A stretch of DNA of 63,141 nt, the filler included, from Reticulomyxa filosa (Eukaryota; Protista; Foraminifera): assembly GCA_000512085.1 (NCBI GenBank). It is 18 parts of 18 records of this genome, joined end to end, with 100 filler letters (N's around TTAATTAATTAA, not from the genome) between each part and the next. Parts side by side here need not be neighbours in the genome. Positions count along the whole stretch, not along the records: positions 22,756 to 27,635 come from ASPP01021096.1; positions 27,736 to 29,636 come from ASPP01042816.1; positions 29,737 to 31,807 come from ASPP01010363.1; positions 31,908 to 34,681 come from ASPP01001730.1; positions 34,782 to 36,793 come from ASPP01002395.1; positions 36,894 to 38,514 come from ASPP01004881.1; 12 more parts are not named here. One strand, written 5' to 3'. The notes beneath the pieces are model-generated. The model did not search any database, had not been told where the DNA came from, and was given only the letters and a program-made list of their open reading frames with translations. The translations under genes were made by a program, and so were the position numbers. The number at the start of each line of letters is the position of its first letter. Position 1 is the first letter of the stretch. Of the stretch, positions 26,520-37,561 are shown piece by piece.

Positions 26520-27138
26520 ATGTCGCATTTGCCATTGCGCACTTCTGGTGAAATGCACCGGTATATATTTTCCTCTCGTCATCCGAATCGACCTCGTTTT
26601 GCTCGTCGTTCAACCTCTCCACAAGCGAGAGAAGAGAGGAAAGAAGGGAGCGAAAGAGCCGGAGACAAGCAGAGAAAGCCAGGGAGTGTGTTTGGAGAGC
26701 AGCAAGGGAAAGATAGCGAAGCAAGGCATGGAAGATTGGTAAGCCGTAATAAGAGACGAGTGGAGCAAGTGGACAAAAGTACGAATACGTCGTTCATAAT
26801 GGATGAGCCAAATCATAAGAACAGTAACACAAATAGCAAGAATAGAAGAAGCAGCAATAATACAAACAAAGAAGAAAATGGACAGTCATTCAAGTCAACG
26901 AAGAGTGAGAAAGAGTCGAAGCCCTCAAACATCATATCTTACCAAACGTGTGAAGTGAAGTTGTATTTATCGGCCAATGAAAACAAGCTGCGTTTGGGAA
27001 AAGGGAAGGCTCAAATCTATATGGCTTGTGTCAGTCCGACGTTTGATATACTAATCAAAATTTTCAGTCGTGAAAAGTCAAAGTCCGGAGATGATACATG
27101 TCAAGAAAAAAAGGAATAACAATGACAATAACAATAAC

Positions 27139-27199
<61 letters not shown>

Positions 27200-27403
27200 C
27201 TATAATGACCGACTCTATCCAAAAATCAGCACAAGGAAAAGGAGGAGAGTATCCGATGTATCAAGGATATCTATGCCAATACCCAAGTTTTGATGATTTC
27301 CCAATGCAAATGACTTTGTCTTTACTGTGCGTAGACACAAAGTATGGAAGTGGACTTGATGATATATCCACTTCAAATAAGGTTAATGATAACAATATCA
27401 ATG

Positions 27404-27461
<58 letters not shown>

Positions 27462-27635
27462 TGAAAATGTAAGAAATTATGGAAATCCTGACTTGTACAA
27501 TATTTCCATGGATACATTACATGTAATTGAAATTGGCCTGTTGTTCGAGGATGGGAAATTGCAGGACTGCATCCAATGGTTCGAAACGATTCCTTTGTCT
27601 TACGCGTTGCGACATAAGATCCCGCCGTGGGTGTC
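26520..27635 (+). CDS. Hypothetical protein with poly-Asn tracts, partial
   Basis: ORFs 26418-27119 and 27070-27687 overlap with a frame change near a poly-A run at ~27105. (AAT)n tracts at 27130-27198 and 27405-27460. Confidence 0.5.
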
Positions 27636-27779
27636 NNNNNNNNNNNNNNNNNNNNNNNNNNNNNNNNNNNNNNNNNNNNTTAATTAATTAANNNNNNNNN
27701 NNNNNNNNNNNNNNNNNNNNNNNNNNNNNNNNNNNTTTTTTTTTTTTTCCGATGAAAACAGAATCATTTTGTGCACCTG

Positions 27780-27949
27780 CATACTTCCGATATCGACTCG
27801 TAAACTAAGACAAAAACCCTCAATACAAAATAAATAGACAGTTCCAGTAAAACTATCGTAAAAATTATCACAAGGACAGGGTACCGTAACAACCGTTGTG
27901 TTCCTTTCACACTCAGTTGAGCGGCATTAATGGCCGAGCCTCGTTTCAT
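27780..27949 (-). CDS. N-terminal TM segment resembling patatin-domain TAG lipases (TGL/SDP1-type), fragment
   Basis: LLRYPVLVIIFTIVLLELSIYFVLRVFVLVYE resembles the helix preceding DUF3336 in these lipases. The rest of the gene is off-contig. Confidence 0.35.
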
Positions 27950-28283
27950 TCCTTGAAACTTTTTTCACCCTTGTACAACTTTAAATTTATAATCTTACAC
28001 CTGTTTCAAAACGTTTTTTGGTTTTATCCAATTGAAATGAATCTCTGTCATTTGAGACATTTGTCACATGATTATTGAACAAAAAAATTTACAATACATT
28101 TGGAGAATAATATATTTAACAGAAAACTTCAAATGTTTGTTTTGCAAAGATTCTAAGAATTCACTTTTGAACTGAAAAAAGTCTTTATGATTAAAGTAGC
28201 ATTAATTGAATAGTGCTGATATAAGAATACATTATTATAAGGTAACATATAGCGACAACTTACTGACAATTAAATCATTAAAA

Positions 28284-28494
28284 TGTAGAAGAGAGCTACA
28301 CTAAATGTAATACGAAAAGGTTTTACTCAAATTGAGAGTGGCTTTCAGTAAAACAAAGTAAACTAAATAACCAAAATGAATAACTCAATAAGTAAAAAAG
28401 AGAGACTAAAAACAAGAATTGGAGAAGTTTAACCCAAAGGGAGCTCCTCAGTTCCACAAGAGTTCAGCCATGTGTAATATGGGCTTGCCCTACA
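28284..28494 (-). mobile_element. Solo-LTR-like dispersed element, copy A (211 bp), with hammerhead-like 5' fold
   Basis: Minus strand reads TGTAGGGCAAGCCC...CTGAGGAGCTCCCTTTGGGTTAAACTTC...CCTTTTCGTATTACATTTAGTGTA...TTCTACA. Flanked by AAAA on both sides (28280-28283, 28495-28498). Confidence 0.75.
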
Positions 28495-30388
28495 AAAACG
28501 TCAACATTTAGTATTTAAATCATCATTGTATTATCTTTTTTTTTAGGGTTCAATGGCATATAAGCGACAAACTTGCGAATCATGTTGCACGCCTTATCCA
28601 AAAAGGGCATAGTGCGCTTCAAAAAAATAAAAATACAAAACAACTTGTCAACTTCACATATACTACAGAAATTACAACTTAATAAAACAAAATTAAAATA
28701 TTTAATTTACGAAACTTAAAAAAAAGTGACATTTCTTCTTTTTCTGACGTCAAAAATCCGTTTTCTTCTGTTCTGCTATATATATCTGTTTCGATATTGA
28801 TCAAGTGTGTTGATATTTTTTTAATCGTATTATCATACCTTGTAGAATTATTGCACACTAAAAAACACTTAAACATATTTTTATTTGTCATTTAGAAAAA
28901 ACACAAAATTCTGAAAATAAATAAAATTTTGAAAAAACTACTTTGTGTTTGTTTGCACTTTCGTTTGCTTTCAAAGCAAAAACAGTTTAAACAAGTTAAC
29001 GTGTTGATGTTTAGCTTTTGTAGAAAGACCAGAACGAAAAAAACTAATTGAAAAAGCAAAAAATTGTAAGCAAATCAAGATAAAAAGTGAAATAAAATAA
29101 ATAAGTGTTCACTTACAAAGAGATGTATATTGTGAGTGATAGATTTTGATTACGACTAATAATATAGTATAAATTTATGTAATATTCGATTAAAGATAGC
29201 GCATTCCATTTGTAAAATTAAATGGATAATTGACTGACATGATCAATCAAATTTTAACACAAGCAACAAAGGCAACTTTTGTCAATGTGCATCATTGAAC
29301 AACAAAAATCGAAAATACAAACTAACAATTTCAAACGGATAGAAAAAATTTGACTTTCTTTGTACCGCTTAAAATAAGCAGCAAATGTTGTGTAACAATT
29401 TTTTGAGAGAAAAACAAAAGAATTTCAATGTTCCATGTCAGCAACCTCATCAGCATCTATTCAAATGCACAAAGTCCATCACAACTTTCCTTCCCCTTTG
29501 CAAAAAAAAAAAAAAAAGACCAACCTCCAATGACCGGTAAAAATGTATAAACAATGGAAAGGACTTGGAATGGTTTATAATTTTTGAGAAGCTGTGCTCG
29601 AAGTGGGATGGTATCAGTGATGAAAAAGTGTTCAAANNNNNNNNNNNNNNNNNNNNNNNNNNNNNNNNNNNNNNNNNNNNTTAATTAATTAANNNNNNNN
29701 NNNNNNNNNNNNNNNNNNNNNNNNNNNNNNNNNNNNAATAATTTTTTTTTTGGTGTTATTTCATTTCTCTCAAATTGTACAATAACGAATAAATAAAATT
29801 GTCATCGAATGTTCTTTTTTCCACATGCCGTACAAATACCCAAGTCGATGTTGTGTGAACATTGCTTCACTTCCTCACTTGAAATTCTTAGTTTTTTTAA
29901 ATTTTTTTTAAAAAGATAACACAATTAAAGCCTCATCTTTTTGTTTGCTTTCCTCCTCTTTTTTTTTGCAAAGGGAAAAAAGAGACTATTTTGTTGAGAC
30001 TATGGCAAACAACTGGAAAATTGCTTGTCTCCGTTAGGTTTTTTTATTTTGTTTTGTTTTATTGATCCTTTTTTCCTTTCTTATTTCTTTCTTGCTTTCT
30101 CTTTTTATTTCATTGTTTCTTATTGAAAAACAACTTCGTCATTTTAGTGATCACTTGGTGATCAACAACCTTTTTTGATCATTTGTCCGGGGTTTCTTTT
30201 TATAAATTTTTTTAATTACAACAATTGTTGGGCCGTTCTATCCTCCAATTAACACTTTCAAGTAGCATAACTGTTTCCATTCGTCTACATTTTTTCACAA
30301 ACTAATTCTCAATTTCAAATCTTACAAACAGCACAACAATTTTTTGAATTAACCTGTACGTTTCTCTCTCCTTTTTTTTTTTTCGAAC

Positions 30389-30918
30389 ATGTTTTTTTAT
30401 TCTCTTTATACATTGAGAAATGTTTATGTGCTTCCATACTGGTCAGTAGAAAAAGCCAAAGATTCAGCGAATGCAACTTCCCAAGACGCACAAAAAGCAA
30501 GCAGCAAAAAGCTGCACAGCATTGTGGAGCGGTTGTTGGTTGTGGAGAAAGTGTATGAGAATTTGATGGATTGGAGCATATCCTACCTATCGTGGGCGAC
30601 TGCAGGAATAGCTGAGCTTTGTGTGCTCGTGACCTTGAGTCATAACACTTACTTACAGAATCACATAATAGCAATTTCTTGGACCAGTTTTATCTTTGCA
30701 TTTGTGATAACAATCGTGGTGGGATTTGTGCCTCAACTCACAAGCAAAGCAATGCAGAGATGTTGTTCTGATTGGTTGTCAAAGCCCAAACTTGGTCAAA
30801 AAAATTCACACTCAGCAAATTTTTCACCAACAACGAAAAGCGTTTCTCACGATAACAATAGCAGCAACAACAATGAGGTTGTAACATTGGGGTTGAAAGT
30901 TGAGAAATCGAGCACAAT

Positions 30919-30951
<33 letters not shown>

Positions 30952-31807
30952 AATACAAGATAAGAAACGTAATAACAATAAGAATAAAAGAAAGAAAAAG
31001 AAAAAATTGAAAGAAGTGATAATCCAACCTACAAGTGAAATAACAGCGAATTTCATAACATTGTCTGTGTGTTGCAGTAGCAACTTGGTGGCATTGACAT
31101 TTTACATGAGTATGAGCAACACGATAAGTGTAATATTCCCAAAGGCGGCAAACACGAAGCTGGTGTGGATTCATTGGGTGATTGCACTGGTATTGTCGAT
31201 GATATCATCATATCTGATCCTGCACATGTTCCGGCAACAATGGAGCACGGATGAAGAAGACAGACACATGCAACAAGGAGGAGAAAATGGAAAGCCCAGT
31301 CGATCAACACTCGCATCCAATCATTTGCTTTTTGATTGGTTGGAGGAATCCACGTTCAGTAAACAAAAACAGGACATTCATGGCCCTACGACATCCTCAC
31401 ATACCAATGGTAATGATAATGGTAATGGCAAGACTAATGCTAATGCTAATGCTAATGCTAATGCTAATGCTAATGATAATGATAATGATAATGGTAATGA
31501 ACATACTTGGACTGGGATCAAATTGCGAATGCTTCGTTTATTTGCTTATACACTGTCCACCACGGTGATGTGGTTTTGGAGATTTGCCTTTGAAATCACG
31601 TGCTATTCGCTCTTCCCAGATACGCACTTGTGGTGGTATGTGGTGTTCCTTTCCGCTGTTATTGCGTGCTCTGATCTGTTCATTGAAGGGAAGACTTATG
31701 TGTGGCCTGTCGAAGGGTCTCATGCTGTTTTGCTCTGTGAAGATGTCGAGGCAGACAAGCCTCAGAACACGGCAGACAATGACGACAAAAATGATGATGA
31801 TGATGAT
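30389..31807 (+). CDS. Polytopic membrane protein with low-complexity loops, partial
   Basis: Long ORF with about 6 hydrophobic segments plus poly-T, (NA)n and poly-D tracts. Runs off the contig. Confidence 0.6.
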
Positions 31808-32328
31808 NNNNNNNNNNNNNNNNNNNNNNNNNNNNNNNNNNNNNNNNNNNNTTAATTAATTAANNNNNNNNNNNNNNNNNNNNNNNNNNNNNNNNNNNNN
31901 NNNNNNNTTTTCATTACAATTTTCTTCATTTTGTAAATTGTTATTGTGTTGTTGAACAATCACACATTGTGTAGATGGTAGATTTGTTTGAGGTATTATA
32001 TCATTTGACATATTTGTTAAGTCGATCTCTTTTTGAAATATTTTTTTGTAACAAATAAAAATTTTATGACGTCATAAAAACTATTTTCTACCATAAAATA
32101 ATTTTGAATTTTTTCTGTGAAAAAGATAAGATATTTTTGAAAACCAATTTAAAAACAAAGAAATCGTGAATTTACAAAAAAATTTTTCATTTTTGCGTTG
32201 CACCATCAAAAAGTTTCTGAGTAAAGTCTTTCAATCAATAGCTTCCTTTCACTACTAACAGCAAGTCAATTATTATTGGTAGAAACAATGATTGTTATAA
32301 AGTCGCGGGTGCAATCATTGATAAGAGT

Positions 32329-32586
32329 TGTAGGAAAAGCTCCTACTATATAGAGAGAACCGTTAAAGGGGCTGATGAGCTCCCGGTGGGTTAAACTTTT
32401 CCTAACACTTTTCACTCACCAGTGTTTTCTTTTCTCGTTTTTAATCTGGTGTTTCGGTGACTCATTTTCACACATTTGTTTTCCTTTTCTTTATTTAGTC
32501 TTTTTCCGTTGATACTTGCTCAAAAGAGCTAATTAACCTTTCGTATTACATTTAGTGTAATATTTCATCGGCAGCATACTCCCACA
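32329..32586 (+). mobile_element. Solo-LTR-like dispersed element, copy B (258 bp), with hammerhead-like 5' fold
   Basis: TGTAGGAAAAGCTCC...GGGGCTGATGAGCTCCCGGTGGGTTAAACTTTTCCTAACA...CCTTTCGTATTACATTTAGTGTA...TCCCACA. 4-bp TSD GAGT at 32325-32328 and 32587-32590. Confidence 0.85.
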
Positions 32587-33098
32587 GAGTGATAATAATT
32601 TAGTTTTCATTGTTTCGCCTTTCAAGAGATTTTGCCGCATTTAATTTGAAAGCATAACGCACCAAATTACCGGTTTAATATATAGAATATGGACCAAAAA
32701 GCACAAAGTTGAATTAAAAGTTTCAATTTCTCTTATTTTCACAAGTTTCAAAGCCTAAAGTCGCATATGTGCTTTGCCACTTCTTTACTTTACTGAAGTT
32801 TCCAAAACATAGCAAAAAAGGAGACAAAGTACAAAATATCCGAACAACTACTAAAGATCCGTGCAACAACTGAAGTAATTACTCCTTAAAAAACAGTTTT
32901 CTCAGTTTGAGCCTCGTTTACAAAACAAGCTGTGCATTTTATTGGAAAGATTTGAATAAGAGATACTGAACGAAAATAGGGACATTTCAAAAAAAGGCAT
33001 GACAAAACAAAAATTGAAGACAAAACAATTGTTTGAATAATGTTGGATAGAACCGACTAAATAGCAATAATGTTTACAGCCAAAACCCTTTTTCATTG

Positions 33099-34681
33099 TT
33101 AGGAAGGAGGTAAGGCCGAGGAGGTTTCAAGTGCATTTGGTTCTTTGAACAAGTCTTGATTTTGTGGCGCAGCGACTGTAGATTGAACATTTCCTACCAC
33201 ATGTGCACATTTACACATAAAAGTACGAGAGAGAATAGGACACAGTTATTTGAAAAACGAGCACAAAAAAAAAAAAAAAAAAAAAGGGAAGGGATTTACC
33301 TGCAATCGAAGTCAGAGTAAGATTGGATATCTGACAAAGATCCGGTGTAAGATCGATGGAAGTAACAGAATGCGACATACGCGCGCCAGCAATGGGGTTG
33401 TTGACAACAGCAGACGCATTTGGACGAGGTTCGTACACGAGTTGGCGAGGCTTTTTAATATTTGCTGAGGCCTTTGTAGCCGAGGTGATTTCGTACGTAT
33501 TGATGTCTGTCACTTGCGGTGACACCTATGTGTGCGTGTGTGTGTGTGTGGATATAAGACATAAACAAAGATGATCCCAAGACGATATCTTTTTATGCGT
33601 ATATGGAAGGTTGTCATAGCAATAGACGCACCGGTTTGGGTAGCTTCAAGCCGTGGAAGAGTTTGGTGAAACTTTTGCTATGAGTGAAAACTTTATCTTT
33701 GGAATTGGAATTGGAATTGGAATTGGAATTGGAATTGAAATTGGACATGCGCTGATCCACAGATGCAGGTACAGGTTCAGCACTTTTGTTTTCGGTGATG
33801 AAAGCGGTTCCGAAGGAATAACGCTGGAACAAGCCGCCGAAACCAGTTGCTGCGTCTTCAAGAGACGAGAACTTTGTGAGAGAGTCGCTCAGCTGGGGTG
33901 GGTATTGCTGGAGTGTCTCTTTCATGAACGACTGCAAATCGTGTTCCTGCTCGCAAATGTGACAGTTCAAATAAACAACAAATGACAACTGACAACTGAC
34001 AAATGAAATAAAGTCCGAATTAACTGGTCTGATACAAGACATGATCTGTGTTAAGGCTCGAATGTCGTAATTGCGATTGGCACAAACATTGGTTGTGAAC
34101 ACGGCCCATTTGCGAAGACAATCGGCGACTGTTTGCAGTCGCGCCGACTCGTTAGCTTCCATGCTCTGTAGCAACGCCGTCACTTCATCTTCAAAGCGCA
34201 TTTGAGCACGCGACAAATTATTCAGTTCTTCGTCGTGTTTTTCTTTGCAATCGTGTTCGTGGTGTTGTGCTGCTGTGGCCCTCGACGCAATCTATATTTA
34301 ATATATATATATATACATATATGTACATATATGTATATATATGCATATACATATATGTACATATATATATATATATATATACCCCTGCTGTGTATTATCG
34401 CAACTTTCATCACTTGCGACGATGGGATTGTGCTGTCTTTTTTGGCATTCATCAGTTGATCGTGAGTGGTGCCTGCTTCTTCCGTTGCTTTGTTTGCAAA
34501 TTGCACAAACAAACACACACACACAAATGCAGCTGTTGTACTTAATCATCATTGCATTTTTTTTTTTTTTTTTTTGCTTTGCCTTTTTCATATCGGGCCT
34601 TTGCTTTGTGCACTCTATCCTGTGAATTGTGCAGTGCCTTCAGATTTTGCTTCATGGTTTGTGCAAACTGTAGTGTCGTTT
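33099..34681 (-). CDS. F-BAR (FCH)-like domain protein, partial, multi-exon
   Basis: Helical segment FEDEVTALLQSMEANESARLQTVADCLRKWAVFTTNVCAN...EHDLQSFM resembles the F-BAR C-terminal helices (Q..E..RL......L..Y). Confidence 0.5.
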
Positions 34682-35209
34682 NNNNNNNNNNNNNNNNNNN
34701 NNNNNNNNNNNNNNNNNNNNNNNNNTTAATTAATTAANNNNNNNNNNNNNNNNNNNNNNNNNNNNNNNNNNNNNNNNNNNNAAAAAAAAAAAAAATGTGT
34801 GCTTTGTTGAGTTTGGTTGGAATAATTTCCATATTTTATTTATTTTTTGTTTTGTTTTTCTTTTTTGACATTATTTATTAAGGATGTGCAAAGTTTTTTT
34901 TTGTCATTTAAAGGGCATTGACGGCATTGGATTTTCCTTTTTTTTTTTGTGTGTTTTTTTCCTATGTGTTAAAAAAAAGTGCAAGGTTCATCAATATTCA
35001 ACATTGAATTTTCCTCAAACGAAACAGACTGGCTGTAAATGTGTTAAACTTGATTATGATTATAGCAATGCAACCAGTTCTGTCGTCGAAACAGATGCAA
35101 GGAGGCAATTGCTGCCCTCCAAAACAGTTTTTTTAATTTAAAAAAAATCGGTAAAACGTCTGCAATTACTTTTTTTATCAATAACAAAAAAAAAACGGTT
35201 TTGGAAAGG

Positions 35210-35370
35210 AAAAAGAAGATCACGCTTACCCAACCAAAGACCAGGACTACACTGCTCAACAAGAGTTTGAGAAGTTTGAATAAATCCAATTTAATGACTT
35301 TGTTTCATCCAATAAGCGTGTTTTAGTAGAGTTTTACACACCATGATGTGGGCCACGCTATCAACTTATG
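35210..35370 (+). pseudogene. Protein disulfide isomerase/thioredoxin domain pseudogene fragment
   Basis: From 35293 the frame reads NDFVSSNKRVLVEFYTP*CGPR, a decayed VLVEFYAPWCGHC. TGA replaces Trp at 35344-35346 and the second Cys is lost. Confidence 0.7.
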
Positions 35371-35431
35371 GTTACTTACATTTACAAGATTTTATTCTTC
35401 TGCTATTACTAATGTCTTTGAAAAAGTTGTG

Positions 35432-35663
35432 TATGGGACGTCTGCTGATAGTAGTGGTACACTAACTGTAATACGAGAGGTATTTACTAAGAAAAGAATA
35501 GTGATTTCGTAAAACGAAAGAAACTGAAATAATAAAACAAGATAACAAAAGAAAAGTAAAGAAAAGCAAGAAAGTAAAAAGTAATTTGTTGAGGAAGTTT
35601 AACCTACTGGGGACTCCTCCGTTCCTTGACGTTCAGATACCCATAATAGGGACTTGCCCTACA
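35432..35663 (-). mobile_element. Solo-LTR-like dispersed element, copy C (232 bp), with hammerhead-like 5' fold
   Basis: Minus strand reads TGTAGGGCAAGTCCC...CGGAGGAGTCCCCAGTAGGTTAAACTTCC...CCTCTCGTATTACAGTTAGTGTA...TCAGCAG...TCCCATA. 4-bp TSD TGTG at 35428-35431 and 35664-35667. Confidence 0.85.
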
Positions 35664-36005
35664 TGTGCAACTTTATTTTTTGTCTTTTCTTGGACCAACT
35701 TATTCAGCACAGACACCTAAACCTATCAAGTTTACAACCTTATTGCGGTTCAGACGTGCGAGTTGTAAGGGTTGCGAACTTGACATAAAAACGCTATTAA
35801 AAATTAACATCGACTGCATAAAACCAAATAATTGAAGCAATACATGCTATGGTGAACAAAGCAAAGCTGCAATGCAACACACAAACACACAACAACACGC
35901 GACACGCAAGCGCAATACACATCACACAATTGAGACCCAAAATCACAATTCTCATTTCTTCTCTTTAAGGCACCACAACATTTTCAAAAAAAGAAATTTG
36001 AAGCA

Positions 36006-36730
36006 TTACTGTGGATACATCGAAGATTCAACATATCCATTGGCTCCTTGAGAAGGATAGCTGAAAAGTCGTTTCACAGGCATTCCGCCTTCATAGCGGA
36101 ATTCTTTGAGTAGGCTGTTCTGCTTCATTGACAATTCGTCATGATCCCCGTTGATGTTGACCACTAAGATACGTCCGTGACCATATCCGTAAATGTTGTG
36201 CATGTCAAACATCAACCCAACAATGACAAGCTCCCCGCTTTTCACACGCTGGCGAATTTGCCAGTCATTCACTAATCGATTTACTTGGTAATCGATGTTC
36301 ACTTCACTGTACGTGTACAAAAAAAACAGTGCTACGTAAAAAAAAAAGAGCATTCTTTTTTTTTAAAAAAAATCACATATCAAACATGACATTAAGCAAG
36401 CTTTTTTTATTTTATTGTAATGTTTCAACAAACCTGTAAATATTGCACCGTTCGTCAAAAGATAAGGAATCAATTTTGTAACCATTCAACAAATTGTCGC
36501 AAAAACGGATGACTCGTACTAACGACAGAATCTCGCGTTGGACTTGGGTGTGATGGTAGCGATAATCGGACGCTGCTCCACGGACGGCCCCGCAGTGTGT
36601 ATGTCCCATTATCAATGCATAAGGTGTTTTAAGCACTTCTAATCCAAATCGAAACGATCCCTCACTGTTTCGAATTTGATTTCCAATGTTTCGAACCGCG
36701 AATATTCGGTTGGGGTTTGCATCACCTTTG
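36006..36730 (-). CDS. Beta-class carbonic anhydrase, 3' part (multi-exon)
   Basis: IFAVRNIGNQI, GSFRFGLEVLKTPYALIMGHTHCGAVRGA (zinc-binding HxxC), EVNIDYQV, LVIVGLMFD. Confidence 0.88.
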
Positions 36731-36893
36731 GAAGAGGGGCAAAGGGGGAAGAATGTAAACAATTTTTTTTTCGCACTTTTCGCAAAAAAAAAANNNNNNN
36801 NNNNNNNNNNNNNNNNNNNNNNNNNNNNNNNNNNNNNTTAATTAATTAANNNNNNNNNNNNNNNNNNNNNNNNNNNNNNNNNNNNNNNNNNNN

Positions 36894-37338
36894 TGATTTG
36901 CCTTCACTTTGTCTGTTACATGTGATTTTCATAAATATCTTTGGTCTTCCTGTGCAAAACTTTGTTCTAGTTAAAAGATAATCTTGAATCTCTTTGAAAT
37001 GCTTTACTTTGAAAGAATTTTCTGATTTTTTATATATTCTTTTTTTTTCTTTACTTGTGACTGTTATGTAAATTGTAAGACGATTGTTCGAAAAAAGATA
37101 AATTTGATTAGAAATAAGAATTGAAATCAAGGTAATTAGATTCAACAGCTCACTCAAGATCTCCATCAGTATCAATATTGCATTCGTTATTAGCAGTTAC
37201 TTTAATCAAAACATCCTCTCGCTGTTCGTCTTTGCTAACTTCAAGGATTTGTTGTTTAAAGCCCGCGAGTTTCAATGAGGTCAACTCGAGTTGATACTTC
37301 TTTGTTCCAATTGTCACAAAGGTTTTTATGGAGGACAT
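36894..37338 (-). pseudogene. Pseudogene with N-terminal ubiquitin/PB1-like segment and caspase-like C-terminal motif
   Basis: MSSIKTFVTIGTKK...DTDGDLE*AVESNYLDFNSYF* has two in-frame stops. Downstream is FKEIQDYL...GRPKIFMKITCN, similar to the caspase GKPKIF..QACRG strand. Confidence 0.5.
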
Positions 37339-37561
37339 TTGTTGATGATGACAAAAAATATTTCTTTAAATAATAAAAAACTCGTTTATCTTTTTTGTCC
37401 CCTTTTTTTCAAAAAACGATAGTTTCCCAAAGTTTTTTTTGTAAGTTAAATTTTTCTTAAGCTCGGTTTGCTTTATAAAATGTGTTAAATAGCGATGTAA
37501 GAATTCAAAACATGCCAAATTGTTTACTTGATACTAAATATAACAAAAACATAACATTGTA

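Noticed and set aside
34300-34381. (TA)-rich self-complementary tracts in introns as structured RNAs
   Set aside because: Low-complexity TA/TG microsatellites are common to many introns here, and their pairing is trivial.
35344-35346. In-frame TGA next to a thioredoxin active site as selenocysteine
   Set aside because: The TGA aligns with the Trp of WCGHC, not a Cys, and the rest of the motif is decayed.
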